Shown: piece after piece, positions 1 to 9,517 of the stretch
Layout of the letters: every line of letters begins with the position of its first letter
Numbering within the stretch: the first letter of the stretch is position 1
Assembly: GCA_965250005.1 (NCBI GenBank)
Contig: OZ252279.1
Coordinates: 780,001-812,000, forward strand
DNA from: Demequinaceae bacterium
Lineage (GTDB): Bacteria > Actinomycetota > Actinomycetes > Actinomycetales > Demequinaceae
Direction: 5' to 3'
Length of the DNA stretch: 32,000 bases
The notes under the pieces: model-generated
What the model saw: the letters and a program-made list of their open reading frames with translations, nothing else
Databases searched by the model: none
What the model was told of the DNA's origin: nothing
Made by a program: the position numbers and the translations under genes

Positions 1-321
1 GCGGGTTTCGCGGCCGCCATATCGCCACTAGGCGACAGCATTACGCTCGGCTCGTGCCCGTACGCAGAACTGGTTGCCGAACACCCGATTATCTGCGACA
101 TCCACACGGAGTTGCTCTCGAGCATCCTGGAGGACACCAAACAAGACGTGGCCGTCGCGGGCGTCGATGTGTGGGTCAAGCCCGGCGTCTGCCAAGCGCG
201 CCTGACCCGCGTCGACCTCTCGCCCACCCGAACCGCGACGCCCGGCGCGCTTGATGGCGCCAAACCAGATTTGAAAGAATCGTCAACACCAGCACCGTCA
301 ACCGATAAGGACCCATCATGA
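1..321 (+). CDS. 3' end of a putative transcriptional regulator (Cys/His-containing C-terminal domain), 5'-truncated by the window edge
   Basis: Frame 1 is open from nt 1 to TGA 319-321 (AGFAAAISPLGDSITLGSCPYAELVAEHPIICDIHTELLSSILED...) with GC-rich third positions. The CP[FY]..(n)..C..H pattern resembles, from memory, the C-terminal domain of actinobacterial ArsR-like HTH regulators. Its stop overlaps the narG ATG (ATGA). Confidence 0.4.
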   Translation, partial: AGFAAAISPLGDSITLGSCPYAELVAEHPIICDIHTELLSSILEDTKQDVAVAGVDVWVKPGVCQARLTRVDLSPTRTATPGALDGAKPDLKESSTPAPSTDKDPS

Positions 322-3300
322 CCGCAGTCGAGGAAAACACCGGAAAGATCGCCGGCGACTTCCTGGTGAAGGCAGGCCGCTTCTTCACCCCAGGCGTCAC
401 ATCGCCCGACCTGCGCACGGTGACCCGTGAGGGCGGGCGCGAGGCCGACTCGTTCTATCGCGACCGGTGGAGCCACGACAAGATCGTGCGCAGCACGCAC
501 GGCGTGAACTGCACGGGATCCTGCTCGTGGAAGGTGTACGTCAAGGACGGCGTCATCACGTGGGAGACGCAGCAAACCGACTACCCGAGCGTTGGACCCG
601 ACAGCCCGGAGTACGAGCCCCGCGGGTGCCCGCGCGGCGCCGCCTTCTCCTGGTACACGTACTCCCCCACGCGCGTGCGCTACCCCTACGTGCGCGGAGT
701 CCTACTCGAGGAGTACCGCGCGAAGAAGGCGCAGCACCCCGATCCCATCGACGCGTGGGCTGCCCTCCAAGCCGACCCCGAGGCTCGCGCGCGCTACCAG
801 ATCGCCCGCGGCAAGGGTGGACTAGTCCGCGCTTCATGGGGTGAAGCCCTGGAAATCGCCGCCGCTGCCCACGTCCACACCATCAAGGAGCACGGCCCAG
901 ACCGCGTGTTCGGCTTCTCTCCCATCCCCGCAATGTCGATGGCGTCGCACGCGGCCGGCGGTCGTTTCATCAGCATGCTCGGCGGCTCGATGCTGTCGTT
1001 CTACGACTGGTACTGCGACCTCCCCATCGCGTCGCCCCAGGTGTTCGGCGACCAGACGGACGTCCCCGAATCCGCAGACTGGTGGAACGCGTCCTACCTG
1101 ATCATGTGGGGCGCGAACGTCCCCGTGACCCGCACCCCCGACGCCCACTTCATGGCCGAGGCCCGCTATCGCGGCCAAAAAGTTGTCACCGTCTCGCCCG
1201 ACTACGCCGACAACACCAAGTTCGCCGACGAGTGGATGAGCCCCCACCCCGGCACCGACGGCGCACTAGCGATGGCCATGGGCCACGTGCTCCTCAAGGA
1301 GTTCTACGTGGACCGCCAGGTGCCGCGCTTCGTCGAATACGTCAAGCAGTACAGCGACCTGCCGTTCCTGGTGAGCCTGCGCGAGAAGGACGGCGCGTGG
1401 GTGCCGGACAAGTTCGTCACCGCCGCAGACCTAGGCGACAAGAGCGAAAACGCCGAGTTCAAGACGGTGCTAATCGATTCGAAAACCGGCAAGCCCGCGG
1501 TGCCCAACGGATCGCTCGGCTTCCGGTTTGGCGAGGAGGGCGAGGGCAAATGGAATCTCGACCTCGAAGGCGTGGACCCCGCACTGTCGATGTACAAGGC
1601 GAAGGGCACAGAGACCGCCGAGGTCCTCCTGCCGCGCTTCGACCTAGCCCAGGAAAAGAACGAAGGTGGCGGCGTGCACCACCGCGGCGTCCCCGCGGGC
1701 CGCCTCAAGACCAAGAACGGCGAACGCCTGGTCACCACCGTTTTCGACCTCACTCTCGCGCAGTACGGCGTGGGCCGTGACGGACTGCCAGGCGAATGGC
1801 CCAAGGACTACGACGACCCGGCCCCGTACACGCCTGCGTGGCAGGAGGGCATCACCGGCGTCCCCGCCGAGACCGCGGCGCGTATCGGCCGCGAGTTCGC
1901 GCAGAACGCCGAGGACTCGGGTGGCCGCTCGATGATCATCCTTGGCGCAGGAACCAACCACTGGTTCCACTCCGACGAGATCTATCGGACGTTCCTCGCG
2001 CTCGTCACCCTCGCGGGCACGCAGGGAATCAATGGCGGCGGTTGGGCCCACTACGTTGGCCAGGAGAAGTGCCGCCCCGTCACCGGCTGGGCCACGCTCG
2101 CCTTCGGGCTCGACTGGGTGCGACCGCCGCGCCAGATGATCGGCACCGCGTTCTGGTACGTCAACACCGGCCAGTACCGCTACGACGGCATGGGCCCCGA
2201 AGCTGTCTCCTCGCCGCTCGGCGACGGCCGCTTCAAGGGCAAGGCCGCGATCGACGTGATCGCGCAGTCGGCGCGCTCGGGATGGATGCCTTCGTACCCC
2301 ACGTTCGACACCAACTCGCTCGAGCTGGGCGCCGCGATCGAGAAGTCGGGCAAGTCCGCCGGCGACTACATGACGGAGAAGCTCAAGTCTGGCGAGGTGA
2401 ACTTCGCGATCGAAGACCCGGAGGCCGAGAAGAACTGGCCCCGCGTGCTCACCGTGTGGCGGGCCAACCTGCTGGGCTCGTCGGCCAAGGGCAACGAGTA
2501 CTTCCTTCACCACCTGCTGGGCGCGGACAGCTCGAAGCGGGCTCAAGAGTCCGGCGAGGAGCATCGACCGCAGGATGTCAAGTGGGGCGAGGCGGGCGCC
2601 GGCAAGCTCGACCTGCTCATCGCAATGGACTACCGGATGACCAGCACCGGCCTATACAGCGACGTCCTTTTCCCTGCCGCCACCTGGTACGAGAAGCACG
2701 ACCTGTCCTCGACCGACATGCACCCGTTTGTGCACGCCTTCACCCCGGCCATCAACCCGCCGTGGGAGACCAAGAGCGACTACGACACGTTCCAGGACCT
2801 TGCGCGCGAGGTCTCGAAACTGTCCAAGGGCCACCTCGGCAAGGTCAAGGACCTGGTCGCCGTCCCCCTTCTCCACGACACTCCCGACGCCATGGCGCTG
2901 CCCAGCGGCATCGTCAAGGACTGGAAAACCGGAGAAGTCGACCTGATCCCCGGCAAGACCGCACCCAAGTTTGTCGTGGTCGAGCGCGACTACACCGAGT
3001 TCGCGGACCGCATGTCCGCGCTCGGACCGCTGGTCGAGAAGCTCGGGACGATGACCAAGGGCGTGCCGGTGAAGCCGGAGGCCGAGGTCGAGCTCCTAGC
3101 CGGCGTCAACGGCGTGATCGCCGAGGGCCCCGCGGCCGGGCGCCCCGCACTCACCACCGCCATCCACGCGTGCGAGACCATCCTCGCGCTGTCCGGCACC
3201 ACCAACGGCCGCGTCGCGGTCGAGGGCTTCCGCGCGCTCGAGAAGCGCACGGGGCAGAAGCTAGCCGACCTCGCGCTCGACAACGAGGGCAAACGCATCA

Positions 3301-4016
3301 CGTTCGCGGATACCCAGGCGCGACCGGTGCCGGTGATCACGAGCCCCGAATGGTCGGGAAGTGAGCACGGCGGACGCCGGTACACCGCCTTCGCGATCAA
3401 CGTCGAACGACTCAAGCCCTGGCACACCCTCACCGGACGCCAGCACCTGTTCCTCGACCACGACTGGATGACGGAGATCGGCGAAAACCTGCCCACGTTC
3501 CGGCCCCCGCTCAACATGCACCGGATCTTCGGCGACCAAAAGACCGGCAAGGGCAAGGAGGTCACGGTCCGCTACCTGACGCCGCACTCCAAGTGGTCCA
3601 TCCACTCGAACTACCAGGACAACCAGTACATGCTCTCGCTCAGCCGCGGCGGGCCTGACATCTGGATGAGCCCGGAGGACGCCGACGCGATCGACGTCAA
3701 GGACAACGAGTGGATCGAGGCGTACAACCGCAACGGCGTGGTGGTCGCTCGCGCGATCGTCTCGCACCGCATGCCCGCTGGCACCGTGTACATGTACCAC
3801 GCGAAGGATCGCCTGGTCGATGTGCCGATCGCAGAAGAGTCCGGCAAGCGCGGCGGCATTCACAACTCGCTCACGCGGCTCATGATCAAGCCCACCCACC
3901 TGGTCGGCGGCTATGGCCAACTGTCCTTCTTCTTCAACTACCTGGGCCCAACCGGTAACCAGCGCGACGAGGTGACGGTCATACGTCGCCGCTCGCAGGA
4001 GGTGACGTACTCATGA
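318..4016 (+). CDS. narG: Respiratory nitrate reductase alpha subunit (Mo-bisMGD catalytic subunit)
   Basis: 1232 aa. It has the N-terminal FS0 motif H-x3-C-x3-C (HGVNCTGSCSW), and its length and sequence are typical of NarG. There is no twin-arginine signal. An AAGGA SD lies ~7 nt upstream, and narHJI follow. Confidence 0.97.
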   Translation: MTAVEENTGKIAGDFLVKAGRFFTPGVTSPDLRTVTREGGREADSFYRDRWSHDKIVRSTHGVNCTGSCSWKVYVKDGVITWETQQTDYPSVGPDSPEYEPRGCPRGAAFSWYTYSPTRVRYPYVRGVLLEEYRAKKAQHPDPIDAWAALQADPEARARYQIARGKGGLVRASWGEALEIAAAAHVHTIKEHGPDRVFGFSPIPAMSMASHAAGGRFISMLGGSMLSFYDWYCDLPIASPQVFGDQTDVPESADWWNASYLIMWGANVPVTRTPDAHFMAEARYRGQKVVTVSPDYADNTKFADEWMSPHPGTDGALAMAMGHVLLKEFYVDRQVPRFVEYVKQYSDLPFLVSLREKDGAWVPDKFVTAADLGDKSENAEFKTVLIDSKTGKPAVPNGSLGFRFGEEGEGKWNLDLEGVDPALSMYKAKGTETAEVLLPRFDLAQEKNEGGGVHHRGVPAGRLKTKNGERLVTTVFDLTLAQYGVGRDGLPGEWPKDYDDPAPYTPAWQEGITGVPAETAARIGREFAQNAEDSGGRSMIILGAGTNHWFHSDEIYRTFLALVTLAGTQGINGGGWAHYVGQEKCRPVTGWATLAFGLDWVRPPRQMIGTAFWYVNTGQYRYDGMGPEAVSSPLGDGRFKGKAAIDVIAQSARSGWMPSYPTFDTNSLELGAAIEKSGKSAGDYMTEKLKSGEVNFAIEDPEAEKNWPRVLTVWRANLLGSSAKGNEYFLHHLLGADSSKRAQESGEEHRPQDVKWGEAGAGKLDLLIAMDYRMTSTGLYSDVLFPAATWYEKHDLSSTDMHPFVHAFTPAINPPWETKSDYDTFQDLAREVSKLSKGHLGKVKDLVAVPLLHDTPDAMALPSGIVKDWKTGEVDLIPGKTAPKFVVVERDYTEFADRMSALGPLVEKLGTMTKGVPVKPEAEVELLAGVNGVIAEGPAAGRPALTTAIHACETILALSGTTNGRVAVEGFRALEKRTGQKLADLALDNEGKRITFADTQARPVPVITSPEWSGSEHGGRRYTAFAINVERLKPWHTLTGRQHLFLDHDWMTEIGENLPTFRPPLNMHRIFGDQKTGKGKEVTVRYLTPHSKWSIHSNYQDNQYMLSLSRGGPDIWMSPEDADAIDVKDNEWIEAYNRNGVVVARAIVSHRMPAGTVYMYHAKDRLVDVPIAEESGKRGGIHNSLTRLMIKPTHLVGGYGQLSFFFNYLGPTGNQRDEVTVIRRRSQEVTYS

Positions 4017-5668
4017 AAGTCATGGCCCAAGTAGGAATGGTGATGAACCTCGACAAGTGCATCGGCTGCCACACGTGCTCGGTCACATGCAAGCAAGCGT
4101 GGACCAACCGCGATGGAGTCGAGTACGCGTGGTTCAACAACGTGGAGACGCGGCCCGGTCAGGGCTACCCGCGCGGCCACGAAGATCAAAACAAGTGGCA
4201 GGGAGGCTGGGAGCTTAACAAGCGCGGGAAGCTGAAGCTCAAGTCGGGCGGCCGCCTCAAGCGCCTCGCGACGATCTTCAACAACCCCAAGTTGCCCGAG
4301 GTCAGCGACTACTACGAGCCCTGGACCTACGACTACGACAACCTCATCTCGGCTCCGGCAAGCAAACACTCGCCGGTAGCTCAGCCCATCTCCGTCAATT
4401 CGGGCAAGCCCATGAAGATCCAGTGGTCGGCCAACTGGGACGACAACCTGGGCGGCGGCGTGGAGAACGGGCCCAAGGACCCGATCATCCAGAAGATCAA
4501 GGGTGAGGTGGGTGACCGGGTCAAGTTCGAGTTCGAGCAGGCGTTCATGTTCTACCTGCCGCGCATCTGCGAACACTGCCTCAACCCCGCTTGCGTCGCA
4601 GCCTGCCCGTCGGGTGCGATGTACAAGCGCAGCGAGGACGGCATCGTGCTGGTGGACCAGGATGCGTGCCGCGGTTGGCGCATGTGCGTGACTGGCTGCC
4701 CGTACAAGAAGGTCTTCTTCAACCACGCGACAGGCAAGGCCGAGAAGTGCACCATGTGCTACCCGCGCATCGAGGCGGGTCAGCCCACGGTTTGCTCGGA
4801 GACATGCGTCGGCCGCTTGCGTTACTTAGGCCTGTTCTTGTACGACGCGGACAAGGTCGCGGCAGCGGCCACCACGCCGGACGAGACGGACCTATACGAG
4901 GCGCAGCTCGACCTCATTCTCGACCCGCACGACCCCGAGGTACAGGCAGCAGCCAAGCGCGACGGCATCGCCGATGACTGGATGGTGGCGGCACAGAAGT
5001 CCCCCATATACCGTCTGGCCAAGGAGTTCCGCGTGGCGCTACCGCTGCACCCGGAGTACCGGACGATGCCCATGGTTTGGTACATCCCGCCGCTGTCGCC
5101 CGTGGTCGACTCGCTCAAGGAGACCGGTCACGACGCGGAGGACGCCGACAACCTGTTCGGCGCGCTGCGCTCGCTCCGCATCCCGGTCGAGTACCTTGCG
5201 GAACTGTTCACCGCGGGAGACGTCGCGCCCGTGCTTCGCTCGCTGGACACACTGTCCGCAATGCGCTCGTACATGCGCGACAAGAACATTGGCAACGAGC
5301 TGCAGCCGGACATCCCGGCGCGCGTAGGCATGAGCGAAGAGACGATGCTCGAGATGTACCGTTTGCTCGCGATCGCCAAGTACGAGGACCGTTACGTGGT
5401 CCCCGCCGCTCACGCAGAAGCCGGCAAGGAACTCGAGGACCTGGCGTGCTCGCTCGACGGCGAGGGCGGCCCCGGCCAGTTCGCGCACGCGGGCGCGGCC
5501 CAGGCAGCCAAGCCCAAGTCCGTTGCCGCCGAGAGTTTCCATGCCCTCAAGGACGACGGACACCTGCAATCGGATGCCTCTCGCACGATGTCCGCGGACG
5601 TCAACCTCCCCAACTGGGACGGCAAGGGTGTCCCACTGGGAATGCCGAAGATCAGGAACAAGTCATGA
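4013..5668 (+). CDS. narH: Respiratory nitrate reductase beta subunit (4 Fe-S clusters)
   Basis: 551 aa with four Cys cluster motifs: CIGCHTCSVTC, CEHCLNPACVAACP, CRGWRMCVTGCP and CTMCYPRIEAGQPTVCSETC. ATGA overlap with narG. Confidence 0.97.
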   Translation: MKVMAQVGMVMNLDKCIGCHTCSVTCKQAWTNRDGVEYAWFNNVETRPGQGYPRGHEDQNKWQGGWELNKRGKLKLKSGGRLKRLATIFNNPKLPEVSDYYEPWTYDYDNLISAPASKHSPVAQPISVNSGKPMKIQWSANWDDNLGGGVENGPKDPIIQKIKGEVGDRVKFEFEQAFMFYLPRICEHCLNPACVAACPSGAMYKRSEDGIVLVDQDACRGWRMCVTGCPYKKVFFNHATGKAEKCTMCYPRIEAGQPTVCSETCVGRLRYLGLFLYDADKVAAAATTPDETDLYEAQLDLILDPHDPEVQAAAKRDGIADDWMVAAQKSPIYRLAKEFRVALPLHPEYRTMPMVWYIPPLSPVVDSLKETGHDAEDADNLFGALRSLRIPVEYLAELFTAGDVAPVLRSLDTLSAMRSYMRDKNIGNELQPDIPARVGMSEETMLEMYRLLAIAKYEDRYVVPAAHAEAGKELEDLACSLDGEGGPGQFAHAGAAQAAKPKSVAAESFHALKDDGHLQSDASRTMSADVNLPNWDGKGVPLGMPKIRNKS

Positions 5669-6294
5669 GCGAGACAACCGCAGCAGCGCGGCTCGCGGCG
5701 TCCTGGCTGCTCTGGTACCCGGACGAAAAGCTCATGGAGCGGCTGCCGGGTATCAACGAGGTCATCGAGCAAGCGCCCGCCAAGGTGCGGGACCCTCTCG
5801 CGCGGATGATCGAGCACCTGGAAGGCACGCCTCTTCTCGACGTTCAGAAGCACTACGTGCAGACGTTCGACATGAAGCGCAAGGCCTGCCCGTACCTGAC
5901 GTACTGGACCGATGGGGATACGCGCAATCGCGGGTTCTCTATCGTCCGCTTCAAGCAGGCGTACCTGGACGCCGGGTTCGACATCGGCGACTCCGAGCTT
6001 CCCGACCACCTCGCGGTGGTGTTGGAGTTCGCCGCCCTGGGGGACCGCATGACGGGCGACGCGCTTCTCGTCGAACACCGTGTGCCTATCGGCCTGCTGC
6101 GCGAGGCGCTCGCCAATGTCGAGTCGCCTTACGTGGACGTACTCGACGCGGTGCTGGCAACGCTGCCGAATATGACCCCCGAGATCGCCGAGCGCATGGC
6201 GTCGCTCGCCAAGCAGGGACCACCAACCGAAATGGTGGGCCTTGACCCATTCCCGACTGCGCTGGGCGCAGAGGCTGTAGGAGGCCGACGATGA
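5665..6294 (+). CDS. narJ: Nitrate reductase molybdenum cofactor assembly chaperone
   Basis: The track ORF 5077..6294 overlaps narH. I chose the in-frame ATG at 5665, which forms ATGA with the narH stop, giving 209 aa (MSETTAAARLAASWLLWYPDEKL...). Size, position between narH and narI, and sequence fit NarJ. Confidence 0.88.
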   Translation: MSETTAAARLAASWLLWYPDEKLMERLPGINEVIEQAPAKVRDPLARMIEHLEGTPLLDVQKHYVQTFDMKRKACPYLTYWTDGDTRNRGFSIVRFKQAYLDAGFDIGDSELPDHLAVVLEFAALGDRMTGDALLVEHRVPIGLLREALANVESPYVDVLDAVLATLPNMTPEIAERMASLAKQGPPTEMVGLDPFPTALGAEAVGGRR

Positions 6295-7079
6295 TCGCCG
6301 AAGCTGTAGAAATTAGCGGCGCAGAGTCGCTGTCGAGCGCGAGCCTGATCCTGTGGGTGGCGCTGCCCTACGTGTGCGTGGCGACGCTGATCGTGGGCCT
6401 TATCTGGCGCCACCGCTACGACAAATTTGGCTGGACCACGCGGTCGAGCCAGTTCTACGGCGGCCGAGTCATGAGCATCGCGAGCCCGCTGTTCCACTTT
6501 GGCATTATCGCCGTGATCATGGGCCACATCCTTGGGCTACTCGTTCCCGACTCGTGGACCGAGGCGATCGGAATCAACGAGCACACGTACCACACGTACA
6601 CGGTCCCGCTCAGTCTGGCCGCCGGCGCCGCGACCGTCATCGGCGTGGCGATGCTCATCTACCGCCGACGCACAACCGCGACGGTGTTCAACCGCACCAC
6701 CACCAACGACAAAGTCATGTATCTCTTCCTTGGAAGCGCTGTCCTGCTCGGGATCACCGCGTCGTGGTACGCCGCGGGAGTGATCGGCGAGGGGCACGAG
6801 TACCGCCACGACGTCTCAATTTGGCTGCGATCGGTGCTGACCTTCCAGCCCGAACCCGAACACATCGCGTCTGCTCCGTGGGCGTTCCAGTGGCACGTGA
6901 TCGCCGGATTCGTCCTGTTCGCCGTATGGCCGTTCACACGCCTCGTGCACGTGTTCAGTGCGCCGTTCCAGTACCTGACCCGGCCCTACGTGGTGTACCG
7001 CAGCCGCGGCAAGCGCAAGACGTTCGGAACCGGAAACCGCGAGGCGCGACGCGGGTGGGAACCCAGCCGTCGCAACTAG
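6291..7079 (+). CDS. narI: Respiratory nitrate reductase gamma subunit (di-heme b membrane anchor)
   Basis: 262 aa multi-pass hydrophobic protein with two His pairs in helices (SPLFHFGIIAVIMGHILG; FQWHVIAGF...RLVHVFSAP). ATGA overlap with narJ. Confidence 0.93.
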   Translation: MIAEAVEISGAESLSSASLILWVALPYVCVATLIVGLIWRHRYDKFGWTTRSSQFYGGRVMSIASPLFHFGIIAVIMGHILGLLVPDSWTEAIGINEHTYHTYTVPLSLAAGAATVIGVAMLIYRRRTTATVFNRTTTNDKVMYLFLGSAVLLGITASWYAAGVIGEGHEYRHDVSIWLRSVLTFQPEPEHIASAPWAFQWHVIAGFVLFAVWPFTRLVHVFSAPFQYLTRPYVVYRSRGKRKTFGTGNREARRGWEPSRRN

Positions 7080-7101
7080 CGGCGCCGCCTAAACTGACCT
7101 G

Positions 7102-7602
7102 ATGTCCTCTACCTCCCTCGCGGGCGTTCCGTGCACCGTGATCACGGTCTCCGATCGGTCGGCTCGTGGTGACCGCGCGGACGCCACGGGTCCCGTCATT
7201 GCCGCTGCCCTCGCAGATGCGGGGGCAGCCGTCACGCCAACCGTGATCGAGGATGGCGAGCAGTCAGTAAGCGATGCGCTTGGCGCGGCGATACAAGCCG
7301 GCGCGCGCGTGGTGGTGACAACGGGAGGAACGGGCGTCGGCCCCCGCGACAAGACGCCCGAGGGCACGGCGCCGCACATCGCCGTCGCGCTTCCGGGCAT
7401 CCCCGAGCTCCTGCGCGGGCGCGACATTCGCGCCCTGCCGCAAGCGGCGCTATCCCGCGGGCTCGCCGGCCTGAGCGCCGGCACTGCACCTGCCGTCATC
7501 GTCAACCTTCCGGGGTCGCCCAACGCCGTCGAATCCGCGATGCACGTGGTTCCCACCCTGGTCGCCCACGCGCTGGCCCAAGTAGACGGGGGCGGCCATT
7601 GA
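7102..7602 (+). CDS. mog: MogA/MoaB-family molybdenum cofactor biosynthesis protein
   Basis: 166 aa with the TTGGTGVGPRD motif and overall MoaB/MogA-like sequence. It lies 22 nt after narI. Confidence 0.85.
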   Translation: MSSTSLAGVPCTVITVSDRSARGDRADATGPVIAAALADAGAAVTPTVIEDGEQSVSDALGAAIQAGARVVVTTGGTGVGPRDKTPEGTAPHIAVALPGIPELLRGRDIRALPQAALSRGLAGLSAGTAPAVIVNLPGSPNAVESAMHVVPTLVAHALAQVDGGGH

Positions 7603-8015
7603 TCGCCATTGCCGCCATCACGCCTGAGCCGCTGTCGCTCGACGCGCACGTCGACGCGGTCCGGTCGCCGCGCTTCGGCGCCGTCGCCACATTCGTGGGC
7701 CTAGTCCGCGACCACGATCCGTCGGTCGCGGGCGAGGTCACCCACCTCGAGTATTCATCGCACCCGGACGCAGGCTCCGCGATTGCAAGACTTGCCGCGC
7801 ACCTCGACAGGGACGACGTCACCATCGCCGTCACTCACCGGACGGGCATGCTCGCGGTCGGTGACGCCGCGATCGTAGCCGCCGTTGGCAGCGCACACCG
7901 CGCCGAGGCGCTGACCGTGCTCGCGGAGCTGGTGGAGCGCGTCAAGGCCGAGGCGCCGATCTGGAAGCGCGAAATCCTCACCGACGGCTCCCACACGTGG
8001 GTGGGCATCCAGTGA
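7599..8015 (+). CDS. moaE: Molybdopterin synthase catalytic subunit
   Basis: 138 aa with a MoaE-like sequence ending ...APIWKREIL.... The TTG start overlaps the mog stop (TTGA), so the start is less certain than the rest. Confidence 0.85.
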   Translation: MIAIAAITPEPLSLDAHVDAVRSPRFGAVATFVGLVRDHDPSVAGEVTHLEYSSHPDAGSAIARLAAHLDRDDVTIAVTHRTGMLAVGDAAIVAAVGSAHRAEALTVLAELVERVKAEAPIWKREILTDGSHTWVGIQ

Positions 8016-9013
8016 CCGCCGGGATGCTGATCGACAAACACGGGCGCGTGCACCGCGACCTGCGGATAAGCCTCACGGACCGGTGCTCGCTTCGCTGCAC
8101 GTACTGCATGCCCGCGGACGGCGTCCCTTGGCTCGCCTCGTCCACTCTGCTGACCACAACGGAACTGGTGCGACTCACACGAGTCGCCGCCGGCCTAGGC
8201 GTGAGGGGAGTCCGCCTCACCGGTGGCGAGCCTCTCCTGCGACCCGACGTGGTGGACGTGGTCCGTCAACTCACCGCCGTGGAAGGCCCCGACGGGCCGC
8301 TCGAACTATCTCTAACGACGAACGCCCTGCGCCTGCCCGCACTTGCCGCTCCCCTCCGCGATGCCGGTCTCGCGCGCGTGAACATCTCGCTCGACACCCT
8401 GCAGCGCGCGCGCTTCATCGAACTCACCCGGCGCGACCGGCTCGCGGACACACTTGCGGGAATCGAGGCTGCGCGCGTGGTCGGGTTCGATCCGGTCAAG
8501 ATCAACGCGCTCATCATGAAGGGCGTCAATGAGGACGAGGCCCTCGACCTGGTCCGGTTCGCCGCCGAGCGCGAACTCCACATGCGGTTCATCGAGTTCA
8601 TGCCTCTGGACGCCGGGCACGCGTGGAAGCGCAACCAGATTGTCACGGGTGAGGAGATCTTCGACGCCGTCGCCGCGGCACTCCCGCTCGCGGAAGTTCC
8701 CGGTCGCGGCAGGTCCCCTGCCCAAGAGTGGCTCATCGATGGTGGACCCGCGACGCTGGGCGTCATCGCATCCGTGACTCAGCCGTTCTGTGAGGCATGC
8801 GACCGTGTGCGGCTCACGGCCGACGGCCAGTTCCGTAACTGCCTCTTCGCTCACGAAGAATCGGACCTGCGCACGCTCATGCGCAACGGGGTGGACGACG
8901 ACGCGCTGGCTGCGGCCATGATCGCGTGCGTCACGCGCAAGCAGCCCAGCCACGGAATCGACGATCCGACGTTCACGCAGCCCGACCGTCCCATGAGCGC
9001 CATCGGCGGCTAG
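8012..9013 (+). CDS. moaA: GTP 3',8-cyclase (radical SAM)
   Basis: Radical-SAM motif CSLRCTYC and a C-terminal ...SAIGG double-Gly tail. The track ORF starts at 7997; GTG 8012 overlaps the moaE stop (GTGA) and is my preferred start. Confidence 0.93.
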   Translation: MTAGMLIDKHGRVHRDLRISLTDRCSLRCTYCMPADGVPWLASSTLLTTTELVRLTRVAAGLGVRGVRLTGGEPLLRPDVVDVVRQLTAVEGPDGPLELSLTTNALRLPALAAPLRDAGLARVNISLDTLQRARFIELTRRDRLADTLAGIEAARVVGFDPVKINALIMKGVNEDEALDLVRFAAERELHMRFIEFMPLDAGHAWKRNQIVTGEEIFDAVAAALPLAEVPGRGRSPAQEWLIDGGPATLGVIASVTQPFCEACDRVRLTADGQFRNCLFAHEESDLRTLMRNGVDDDALAAAMIACVTRKQPSHGIDDPTFTQPDRPMSAIGG

Positions 9014-9026
9014 CCCGAGGTTTGGC

Positions 9027-9263
9027 CTATCCGCCGGCAAAAGGCGGCAGGACGTCCACCTTGGCGTCCGGCGCGAGGGCCCGGGCCGCATCGTCTACCC
9101 GTACGCCGTCCACAATCACAGCGCATTGGCGCAGAACGCGCGACGCGTCGGCGCCCCTGGATCCGAGGGTCTCGATCAGCGCGCCAAGAGTGACGGCATC
9201 AACGTCTAGTTCGGACGCGTCGCACGCCTCGGCGGCGGCGGCAAACAGGCGTACCTGCGCCAC
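9027..9263 (-). CDS. moaD: Molybdopterin synthase sulfur-carrier subunit (ThiS/MoaD family)
   Basis: The track ORF 9027..9356 ends in ...LPPFAGG, the diagnostic C-terminal Gly-Gly. GTG 9263 gives a 78-aa product (VAQVRLFAAAAEA...) and abuts the upstream stop (TAGTG). Confidence 0.75.
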   Translation of the reverse strand: MAQVRLFAAAAEACDASELDVDAVTLGALIETLGSRGADASRVLRQCAVIVDGVRVDDAARALAPDAKVDVLPPFAGG

Positions 9264-9517
9264 TAGCGCGACTCCCACTCGATGGCGAGCTTGGACGCAG
9301 CGGCCGACGCACGCGCAACGGCATCCGGATCGCCGCCTGAAGCGCCAGCGGCCCAACCGATCAGGAATGTAGCGAGAGGCGCGGCAGGTCGCGTGACGCC
9401 GTGGGCGGCGTCACGCGCCACGTCCAACAGGGCCTGAACGTCCACATCTCCGACCTCTAGATTCAGCTCGGCGGCCAATGCGCGCAACCAACTCTCCATC
9501 AGTTCCGGGTCAGCCAT
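9263..9517 (-). CDS. Small conserved hypothetical protein, DUF6457-like (mobA-associated)
   Basis: 84 aa from ATG 9517 (MADPELMESWLRALAAELNLEVGDVDVQALLDVARDAAHGVTRPAAPLATFLIGWAAG...). It is sandwiched between mobA and moaD by 8-nt and 1-nt overlaps. The family assignment is from memory. Confidence 0.5.
   Translation of the reverse strand: MADPELMESWLRALAAELNLEVGDVDVQALLDVARDAAHGVTRPAAPLATFLIGWAAGASGGDPDAVARASAAASKLAIEWESR

Noticed and set aside
1644-3364. Long alternative-frame ORFs inside narG (1796..3364 +, 522 aa; 1644..2564 -, 306 aa)
   Set aside because: They are Arg/Pro/Gly/Ala-rich low-complexity translations, typical of off-frame reading in high-GC DNA. They are fully nested in the unmistakable narG frame.
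5077-5664. N-terminal extensions of track ORFs (narJ from 5077; likewise moaC to 10825, chelatase to 13709, GT4 from 19458, moaD to 9356, mobA to 10139)
   Set aside because: The extensions overlap the preceding gene or an antisense gene and are Arg-rich. Internal starts that form ATGA/GTGA overlaps give products of canonical family length.
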